A DNA stretch of 64,000 bases from Pseudomonadota bacterium (lineage in GTDB: Bacteria; Pseudomonadota; Gammaproteobacteria; Burkholderiales; JAJZQI01), in NCBI GenBank assembly GCA_021851875.1, contig JAJZQI010000005.1, positions 69,813-133,812 on the forward strand, written 5' to 3'. The notes beneath the pieces were generated by a model. The model searched no databases, was not told the origin of the DNA, and was given only the letters and a program-made list of their open reading frames with translations. Numbering within the stretch: the first letter of the stretch is position 1; the number at the start of each line of letters is the position of its first letter. A program made the translations under genes and the position numbers. This document shows, in pieces, positions 55,705 to 64,000 of this stretch.

Positions 55705-58026
55705 TCAGATAACCATATAAGACTCGGGCAAGGTGATAATGGTGGAGAAACTGCGGAAGGCGTGCCCAACGTTGTCGTCTTCGAATTTTAGCTTGATATC
55801 GCCCCCTTCACGACGAATGAACGCTCGCACCGCATCCATGCCCACGCCGCGGCCGGAGATGTCACTTACCTGCTCTGCCGTTGACAGCCCGGATGCAAAG
55901 ACTTGTTCAGCAATATCCTCGTCGGTGTGATCGCTTTCGCCGGTAAACAGGCCGGTCTGCAGTGCTTTGGCGCGAATACGTTCCAGCGCCAGCCCCTTGC
56001 CATCATCTTTTAGCTGAATAACCAGCTTTCCCTCGTCACGGAACATGTCGAGCCGGATGTGTCCTGCGGTCGGTTTGCCCTTTTGTGCCCGCTCGTCAGG
56101 CTGCTCGATGCCATGGTCGATGGCGTTGCGATACAGGTGCATAAAGGCATTGCGCAGGATGTCGCTCACCTGGTTGCGCAAGCGGATGCCATTATCGCTG
56201 ATGGAGGTTACCGGTTCGTCCTTGCCCAGTTCTCTGGCCACCGAGGGCAATGATTGGATAATCGGGTCCAGCACATCATGAATACTGCTGGTTCCCAGGC
56301 GCCCCAACTGCTCGCGCACGGAGCGCAGCTTATCGAGCAAAATGTCCTGACGCTCTTCTACCGGCGGCATGTCAGCCAGGTTGTCGCACAGCTCCTTGAT
56401 GAAGGTACGCTCAACCATGAGATATTTCTCGGCGTTGCCACGACGTCCCGGACCTTTGCGGCCCAGCTTGTTGTCGTTTACATCTTCATATTCATCCAGC
56501 AGCGTACCGATTTCGGTCAACTGGGTAAGCAGCAGTTCCCGATCGGCAACAGCACTGGGGTCTTTGCGCAGGTTGTCGTATGTCTGTTCGGCTTCGTGCA
56601 CACTGTGCGTAAGCAACTGCAGTCCATAGGTCCGGGCATTGCCCTTGATGGTGTGCATATTGCGAAACAGCACTGTCAGCACATCGGCATCAAACACATT
56701 CGACTCAACAAGGTACCTGTTCTCTTGCAGGAAGGTGCGTGAACCCTCGACAAATGCGTGGAATTTTTCCTGGCTCACCGCAATGATCTGGCGAATCATT
56801 TCCAGTTCGCGCTTCTGATGTGCCGCCTCTGCTTCAATTTCCCGCAAATGAGTAATATCACGAATGCTCAGCATGATTTTCTCAATATTCTCATTCTCGT
56901 CGCAGATGGGGCTCCAGTGGAGCGCCAGATACTGGTGCGCTCCCTCGGCGCGCTTTCTTTCAATTTCCTGCGGCAGCAAATGAGCGTTGAAATCGAAGTT
57001 CATACGCTCTTCGCCGATTGAAGAATCAAACACGGCTGCTATTTGCGCCAGAGCATCGGCACCCTCTGTCGAACCGGAGAAAATGAAGTCCAAAGCGTTC
57101 GCCCCGGCAATCTGCGGCGTTTCATAGATTGTTTCCAGATAGGCCGAATACTCCGGATGGATGGTTCCATCCTGCTGGATGGTAAGGACGCCTTCAGGGA
57201 GATTCTGCAACATGCTGTTGATATCAGCCGTTTTCTCCTTGAGTCGCTCGGAACCGTCCTGAATTTTTTCGATCATGAGATTGAACGCCCGCATGGAGCG
57301 CCCGAGCTCATCCTCGCTGGTCACCGGCAAACGACGGGAAAAATCCTGTGTAGAGGCAACCTCGGTCATCATTTGCTGCATTCTCGACATCGGGCGGATC
57401 ACCTGCCGATACAGCAAGACTCCCATGACGCCCAAAACAATCAGTGAAATCAGACTGACTATGGAAATGGCCGATACGGTCTGTTTCAGATTCGCATTCA
57501 GTTGCGCAATCGCTTCGTCTTTACTGCGATTTTTCTGAATACGCAGCGTTTCGATGATTTGCTCAATGTTGCTCTGATATTCTGCGGCATTTGCCGCGTA
57601 ATTGGCTTCTGCCAGCTGATCCTTGCCCTGCAGCTTGAATTGAACAGTGCTGTCTACTGCCGCATAATAGTCAGCCAGCGTTTCGTTCAGCTGGGTGACA
57701 AGCCCCTTTTGAGCCTCACTATCCGCTTCTTTGGACTGGGCTGCCAGGCTCTGCTGCAACGTATTTTTCTGTTCTGCAAGTCGATTTGCCAGTTTCTGGG
57801 CCGCATCCAGATCCGGAGCAGCCAAAATGGCGCGGGTCGTGAGCAGCACGTCTTTGAGTTTGGAAAGCATGTCGGACGAGGCCAGCGCACTGGGCACCAC
57901 GCCTTCTGTCACACTTCGAACCTCACTCGAGTTCTTTTGCGATTGCCAGATCGAATAGCCTCCTACGAGGCCCAAGCCAAGCAATGTGAGCATGACAAGC
58001 AGAAAAATACGCTGACGAATGGACAT
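55705..58026 (-). CDS. Membrane-bound CheA-like kinase (TM-4HB-TM-HAMP-PAS-like-Hpt-HATPase) lacking a CheW domain
   Basis: HAMP RPM...[11 protein letters not shown]; Hpt [13 protein letters not shown]; CheA-type [39 protein letters not shown]; ends right after the HATPase. Confidence 0.88.
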   Translation of the reverse strand: MSIRQRIFLLVMLTLLGLGLVGGYSIWQSQKNSSEVRSVTEGVVPSALASSDMLSKLKDVLLTTRAILAAPDLDAAQKLANRLAEQKNTLQQSLAAQSKEADSEAQKGLVTQLNETLADYYAAVDSTVQFKLQGKDQLAEANYAANAAEYQSNIEQIIETLRIQKNRSKDEAIAQLNANLKQTVSAISIVSLISLIVLGVMGVLLYRQVIRPMSRMQQMMTEVASTQDFSRRLPVTSEDELGRSMRAFNLMIEKIQDGSERLKEKTADINSMLQNLPEGVLTIQQDGTIHPEYSAYLETIYETPQIAGANALDFIFSGSTEGADALAQIAAVFDSSIGEERMNFDFNAHLLPQEIERKRAEGAHQYLALHWSPICDENENIEKIMLSIRDITHLREIEAEAAHQKRELEMIRQIIAVSQEKFHAFVEGSRTFLQENRYLVESNVFDADVLTVLFRNMHTIKGNARTYGLQLLTHSVHEAEQTYDNLRKDPSAVADRELLLTQLTEIGTLLDEYEDVNDNKLGRKGPGRRGNAEKYLMVERTFIKELCDNLADMPPVEERQDILLDKLRSVREQLGRLGTSSIHDVLDPIIQSLPSVARELGKDEPVTSISDNGIRLRNQVSDILRNAFMHLYRNAIDHGIEQPDERAQKGKPTAGHIRLDMFRDEGKLVIQLKDDGKGLALERIRAKALQTGLFTGESDHTDEDIAEQVFASGLSTAEQVSDISGRGVGMDAVRAFIRREGGDIKLKFEDDNVGHAFRSFSTIITLPESYMVI

Positions 58027-58067
58027 ACCTTGTTTCCGTTAAATATTAGTTAGCATTAATTTTCTAA

Positions 58068-58101
58068 ATATTACAAACATCTCGTGACTGTTTCGTGACA
58101 A
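58068..58101 (-). promoter_or_regulatory. Pho box and -10 element driving the CheA-like operon
   Basis: Minus strand TTGTCAC-GAAA-CAGTCAC (58101-58084), 10-nt spacer, TAATAT (58073-58068). Confidence 0.7.
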
Positions 58102-58195
58102 CCGGCACATCAAGCTGTAACAAATAAATCTGTATTGCAATCTTCTTGTAACAATCGGATGTGAACATTGCCTTAATTCCCAAACCGGATAACGA

Positions 58196-59833
58196 ATGAA
58201 TATGAAACAGTTAAGCATTAAAACAAGCTTGTTCATCGGCGCGATCATCACAGCGCTGGTTCTGGCTGTTCTGGCCGTGGAGAACCTGTATGTTCTGCAT
58301 CGCGGCGAGGAATCCATGGATACGGTGTATAACCGTGCGGTTGCACCCTCATCACTGCTGATCGACATGGAACGGCAACTCAGCCGCGCACGATTCAATA
58401 TGGCCGCCACCCAGTTCGACAAGGTGCCGTTTACCGATGCCAAGAATCAACTTGTGCAACTGATGGCCAACTTGCCCAGCCAGTGGAAGCAATTCAAGCA
58501 GTTGAAAAACGGTGACCTGACAGCAGATGAAACCAAACTGATCGCCGGCATTGACAAGGCCATGATCGAATTGCCCAATGTGGTCAAAATGCTGTCGGTG
58601 TCGTACGACGATCATGACAAAACCATGACGCGTTCCGTATTGGATGATGATTGGCCGGGCGTTGAAGATGGCGTGCTGAAGCCGATCACCCAATTGATCG
58701 CATTGCAAAAGGAAAACATCATTGCACAGCTGCACGCCACACAACAGACCAACCACACCATGCAACAGGTCGTACTGGCGAGCGTGATACTGGGTGGCTT
58801 GTTTGCATTGCTATCCACCTTGTTCACCTACCGGATGACGCGCAACATGGATCAGGGTATTCGCCATTTGAAAGAGGCGTTCGGCCGCATTTCCAACGGC
58901 GACCTGACCACTGAAGTCGCTTACGGCGGCAAGAACGAGTTTGGCGAAATGGCCCAGCACCTCGACAGCATGGTCAAAAATCTGCGCAACATGGTCAGCA
59001 AGATGGATTCTGCCGCGTCCGTTGTCTCGCAGGAAGCCAGCAATCTGTCCAAGGCTGTCACCCTGATCGAACAAAGCTCGCACACCCAATCGGATGCGGC
59101 GAGTGAAACAGCCGCAGCGGTGCAGCAGATTTCCGTCAGCATTTCGCAGGTATCCAGCAACGCCCAAATCTCCTTGCACAGCTCACTCAACGGCAGCGAG
59201 CTGTGCCAGACCGGGAGCAGCGTTGTAGGCCGTACCGTGGAAGAAATGCGGCAGATTTCCGCCACGGTTGAAGAAACCGCCCAGTTGATTCGCACGCTGC
59301 ATCAACGCTCGGTTGATATCGATCAGATCAGCAATACCATCAAGGATATTGCCGGCCAGACCAACTTGCTGGCGCTCAACGCCGCCATTGAAGCGGCCCG
59401 CGCCGGCGAGCAGGGCCGCGGTTTTGCAGTTGTGGCGGACGAAGTGCGCAAACTGGCCGAGCGCACCGGCAAGGCCACGCAGGAAATCCAGGACATGACC
59501 AGCTCGATCCAGAGCGAAATGGCCACTGCGCTTAATATCATCGAGGCCAATCGCGAACGGGTGGAACATGGTGTGATCCTCACCCGCCAAGCCGATCAAT
59601 CGCTCAGCGATATCGGCCGGGGTACGCGCGACACGGCCCAGAGCGTGGAAGAAATTGCCCGCGCCACAGCCGAGCAGCATGTCAGCAGCCAGGATATCGC
59701 CCGCAACGTCGAGCGTATTTCCTCCATGGCGGAACAGAATGCCCGGGAAATTTCCGCCCTCGGCCAGTCTTCCCGCATCCTGAAGGAAATGGCCGAGAAC
59801 TTCCAGCTGGATATCGCGCAGTTCCGTATTTGA
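58196..59833 (+). CDS. Methyl-accepting chemotaxis protein (4HB sensor, HAMP)
   Basis: Two TMs, GDLT...[50 protein letters not shown]. Confidence 0.96.
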   Translation: MNMKQLSIKTSLFIGAIITALVLAVLAVENLYVLHRGEESMDTVYNRAVAPSSLLIDMERQLSRARFNMAATQFDKVPFTDAKNQLVQLMANLPSQWKQFKQLKNGDLTADETKLIAGIDKAMIELPNVVKMLSVSYDDHDKTMTRSVLDDDWPGVEDGVLKPITQLIALQKENIIAQLHATQQTNHTMQQVVLASVILGGLFALLSTLFTYRMTRNMDQGIRHLKEAFGRISNGDLTTEVAYGGKNEFGEMAQHLDSMVKNLRNMVSKMDSAASVVSQEASNLSKAVTLIEQSSHTQSDAASETAAAVQQISVSISQVSSNAQISLHSSLNGSELCQTGSSVVGRTVEEMRQISATVEETAQLIRTLHQRSVDIDQISNTIKDIAGQTNLLALNAAIEAARAGEQGRGFAVVADEVRKLAERTGKATQEIQDMTSSIQSEMATALNIIEANRERVEHGVILTRQADQSLSDIGRGTRDTAQSVEEIARATAEQHVSSQDIARNVERISSMAEQNAREISALGQSSRILKEMAENFQLDIAQFRI

Positions 59834-59934
59834 CGGCCTGCCGCTTTCAGCGCGGTTGATCGTTATATCGGGGCATGGTATCGCGCGGGGTATTGACCGG
59901 AGTCAGGGTCGACCAACACTCTCGACAGCAGCTT

Positions 59935-60386
59935 TCAAACTGCTGCCAGCTTGAATTCCAGCAGAAATGCCGGACTGAACCGGCTGGAACACTGACCGCA
60001 GGAGTAATTGCGAGCGGGTTTGCGATGGCGGTGATAGAGACGCCCGCAACCCTGGCAGCGGGCCTGCCACTTGCCCGGCGGCAGCTCCGCACTGTGACAG
60101 CGCGCCCCGCTGCAGCCGATCTCCAGCGCTTTTTTCTTCCACGCCGGGCCATGCCCCACACGCGGCCCGACGAGGGCGTGGGCGATTTCATGCAAGAGCG
60201 TTTCACGCACGGCGGATTCGTCGCTGCTGACGGTCAACGTTGGCGAGAGGCTGATAACCCGGTCGCGGTAATTGCAGCAACCGAAACGCGTGCGAGCGCG
60301 GTCGAAGCGAAAACGCCAGCCCAGTTGCAGCAAGCCGTGCTGCTGCAGCAATTGCAAAGCCAGCTGGCTGGCAGCCGCCTGTTGCA

Positions 60387-60387
<1 letters not shown>
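59935..60387 (-). CDS. SprT-like zinc metalloprotease domain protein
   Basis: RFGCC, LLHEIAHAL, HGPAWK, CxxC...CxxC. Confidence 0.88.
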
Positions 60388-61332
<945 letters not shown>

Positions 61333-61391
61333 TTATATCCTGCAAATCAACTATGATTAAACCGTTGAGTCCATTCTGCCATGATGCGACC

Positions 61392-61796
61392 ATGCCCTCC
61401 AGACTCAAGTTGCTCATTGTCGATGATAATGCCCTGATCCGCCAGCTGCTGCGCGGGATACTGCACGAGTCCAGCATGGAAGCGTGGCCGAGGCACACGA
61501 CGGGCACACCGCGATGCAGCTGATAGGGCTGCACAAACCGCATATCGTCTTGCTCGACATCATGATGGAAGATATGAACGGCACCGACGTGCTGACTGCC
61601 GTCAAGGCCGCTCATCCGGACATGATTGTCATGATGATCAGCAGCGCCGGCATCCAGCGACAACGTGAAGCGCTCGCTCGATGCCGGCGCAGACGGCTTT
61701 CTGGTCAAACCGTTCAACACCTCGCGGGTGCTGGACGAACTCAAGCACGCCATTGCCCATGCGCTGGCACGTCAGGGTATCAGGAACGAGAACTAG
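61392..61796 (+). pseudogene. Single-domain response regulator interrupted by two compensating frameshifts
   Basis: Segments LLIVDDN / AEAHDG...LLDIMM / DNVKRSLDAGADGFLVKPF; segments 1 and 3 share a frame, the middle one is shifted. Confidence 0.85.
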
Positions 61797-62424
61797 ACGA
61801 GCGCTGCTTGATGGCCTCCTGCAGCATTGCGGCAATATCCGTATTGCCGTTCTGCAAGGCGAAACTCACGGCGTTCTGCCCCGCCATGTTCACGGCCAGC
61901 GGATTGGCGCCATGCTCCAGGAGTAATTGCACCATCTCGACATGCCCATTGCGGGCGGCCACCATCAAGGCCGTCGTACCGTTTTCCGAAGCGGTTTCGA
62001 TCTGCGCACCATGCCGCAGCAGCAGCTCGGCAATAGCCAGATGACCATTGAAAGCCGCGTAGCTCAAGGGCGACCAGTTGCCCGCGCCATCAATGACGGC
62101 GCCGCGGACAAGCATTTTTTCAATCAGCGCGGTTTTACCGAAATAAGCGGCCAGCATCAAGGGGGTTTCGCGCAGGCTGTTGGTGTGCTTCATGTCAGCC
62201 AGCGGCAGCAGCACTTCGGCCACGGCCTCGTCGTTGTCGCGAATGGCTGTCATGATGAGCGTATCGCCCAGCTTATCGCTCGTGTCCGGGTCAAACCCGC
62301 GCTGCAAAATCTCGCTCACCGTCGCTGCATCGTTATTTCTGATCGCCTGGTACATGTCGTCGTAAGTTGCCGCCCGGCCCTGCAACGGCAGACAGACCAG
62401 ACAGACCAGCAGCCAGCGCTTCAC
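61780..62424 (-). CDS. Ankyrin repeat protein with signal peptide
   Basis: TPLMLAA, SPLSYAAFNGH, TALMVAARNGH repeats. Confidence 0.92.
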   Translation of the reverse strand: MKRWLLVCLVCLPLQGRAATYDDMYQAIRNNDAATVSEILQRGFDPDTSDKLGDTLIMTAIRDNDEAVAEVLLPLADMKHTNSLRETPLMLAAYFGKTALIEKMLVRGAVIDGAGNWSPLSYAAFNGHLAIAELLLRHGAQIETASENGTTALMVAARNGHVEMVQLLLEHGANPLAVNMAGQNAVSFALQNGNTDIAAMLQEAIKQRSSSSRS

Positions 62425-63182
62425 AAGTTGACTCGCAGACCGTCGTAAGCCAGATGAACATTGGCCGGCAGTTTGGCACTGGCTTCGCCGTATTCAACCC
62501 GGTGGGTCATGTGAATGAAGTATGTGGTTTTCGCGCCGATGCGCGCCGTGTAGTCGAGCGCCTGCTCGAAATTGATGTGCGTCGGATGCGAGGTGTAATG
62601 CAGGCAGTCGAGAAATAGCACGCTCAAGCCGCGCAGCAGCTCAAAACTGCTTTCGGGGATTTCCGATACATCGGTAATATAGGCAAAGTCGCCGATACGG
62701 TAAGCCAGAATGGGATATTTCCCATGCATGATCGGCACCGGCGTAACGGTGACACCGGCGATCTCCTCGGGCGCCTCAAGCACGTGCCCGGACAGGACCG
62801 GCTTGTCCCAGTGCCCCGTGGGCGGTGAAAAAGCGTAACCGAATCGTTGCCGGGTATTTTCGATCGTATAGCGGCTGCCATAGACCGGAATGGCCGACTT
62901 CTGCAGGTAACAGAAATTGCGCAGGTCGTCGATACCGTTCATATGGTCTGCATGCGTGTGCGTGTAGAGCACAGCATCAAGGTGCAGGATATTCTCGCGC
63001 AGCGCCTGCAAACGCAGATCCGGACCGGTATCGATCAGAAACTGCGCCCCATTGTCCGCTTTTACCAGCGTGGAGCAACGGGTGCGTTTATTGCAGGGAT
63101 TGGTCGACGTACAGGTTGGACAGCCGCATCCCAGCACCGGCGTGCCGGTGCTCGAACCCGCGCCGAGACAGATGATTTCCAT
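62421..63182 (-). CDS. MBL-fold metallo-hydrolase (PhnP-like)
   Basis: LGAGSSTGTP, IDTGPD, THTHADH, YITD, HMTH, AYDGL. Confidence 0.92.
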   Translation of the reverse strand: MEIICLGAGSSTGTPVLGCGCPTCTSTNPCNKRTRCSTLVKADNGAQFLIDTGPDLRLQALRENILHLDAVLYTHTHADHMNGIDDLRNFCYLQKSAIPVYGSRYTIENTRQRFGYAFSPPTGHWDKPVLSGHVLEAPEEIAGVTVTPVPIMHGKYPILAYRIGDFAYITDVSEIPESSFELLRGLSVLFLDCLHYTSHPTHINFEQALDYTARIGAKTTYFIHMTHRVEYGEASAKLPANVHLAYDGLRVNL

Positions 63183-63967
63183 TACTGCACACCCTGCGGG
63201 ATGCGGAACAGCGACAGATAATTCTGCATGGTTACCTCGGCCACCTGCTCGACTGGAATACGCCTGACTTCGGCGATGCAGGCCGCCACATGCGGCACAT
63301 ATGCCGGCTCGTTGGTCTTGCCGCGGTACGGCACCGGCGCGAGATAAGGCGAATCGGTCTCAATCAGCATTCGCTCCAGCGGAATGGTCTGGGCGACTTC
63401 GCGCAAGGCAGCGGCATTTTTGAACGTCACAATACCCGAGAACGAAATGTAAAACCCCAGCTCGATCGCGGCCTGGGCGACCGCGAGCGACTCGGTAAAA
63501 CAGTGCATCACGCCGCGCGGCTCGTCTGCCCCCTCCTCGCGCATCAGACGCAGGGTATCCTCAGCCGCGGACCGGGTATGAATGATCAACGGTTTGTGGC
63601 AGATTTTGGCCGCCCGGATGTGGGTGCGGAACCGCTCTCTTTGCCACTCCAGATCCCCTTTGAGACGAAAATAGTCCAGCCCGGTCTCGCCGATGGCCAC
63701 CACTTTGGGGTGCTTTGCCAAGTCGACCAATTGCTCGACGGTAGGCTCGGTCGTCTCTTCATAATCCGGATGCACACCGACGGAAGCGTAAATGTAAGGC
63801 ACGCTCTCAGCCACCTGCATCACGGATGGCAGTTCCTCAAGCGAGGTCCCGACGCACAACGCCTGTGTGACTCCGGCGCTTTGCATGCGTTGCAGAACTT
63901 GATCCAACTGCTCCACCAGATCGGGAAAATTCAGGTGACAGTGGGAATCGGCAAAACGAAGGGACAT
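63182..63967 (-). CDS. TatD family hydrolase (YcfH-like)
   Basis: DSHCH, GVHP, IGETGLDY, IIHTR, HCF, ETDSPYLAP. Confidence 0.96.
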   Translation of the reverse strand: MSLRFADSHCHLNFPDLVEQLDQVLQRMQSAGVTQALCVGTSLEELPSVMQVAESVPYIYASVGVHPDYEETTEPTVEQLVDLAKHPKVVAIGETGLDYFRLKGDLEWQRERFRTHIRAAKICHKPLIIHTRSAAEDTLRLMREEGADEPRGVMHCFTESLAVAQAAIELGFYISFSGIVTFKNAAALREVAQTIPLERMLIETDSPYLAPVPYRGKTNEPAYVPHVAACIAEVRRIPVEQVAEVTMQNYLSLFRIPQGVQ

Positions 63968-64000
63968 GATGACTCCAGAAACCTACTCGCCCAAGTAAAG

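Overview
A 64-kb chromosomal window from a GC-rich bacterium, most likely a betaproteobacterium (inferred from gene order and protein sequences). About 75% is housekeeping synteny: eno-ftsB, ygfZ, nadB/rpoE-rseABC-degP-lepAB-rnc-era-recO-pdxJ-acpS-nagZ-udg-uvrC-pgsA, galU-ligA-zipA-smc, queF, dapC-dapD, mltF, serS-rarA-lolA-ftsK, three tRNAs, pstSCAB, tadA and tatD. The main candidate new system is at about 50.1-59.8 kb, converging on pstSCAB. It is a non-canonical chemosensory-like cluster: a membrane-anchored CheA-class kinase with no CheW domain, a tip-only MCP, two CheX-like proteins sharing a C-terminal GELELF motif, a CheY and a PilZ protein, followed by a CBS-domain histidine kinase and a tandem-receiver regulator. 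Its promoter has an 18-bp Pho-box match placed 10 nt before a -10 hexamer, the same geometry as at pstS, which suggests phosphate-starvation control. Smaller oddities: a synonymously recoded copy of the dapD 3' end, a near-identical copy of the serS 3' end, a 42-bp IS5-type ends-only element with a TTAA duplication, an ATP synthase gamma C-terminal remnant coupled to a P-type ATPase, a sigma-54-type promoter with paired palindromes before an unknown repeat protein, and a receiver gene broken by two compensating indels. All calls come from reading the sequence by eye; no searches were run.
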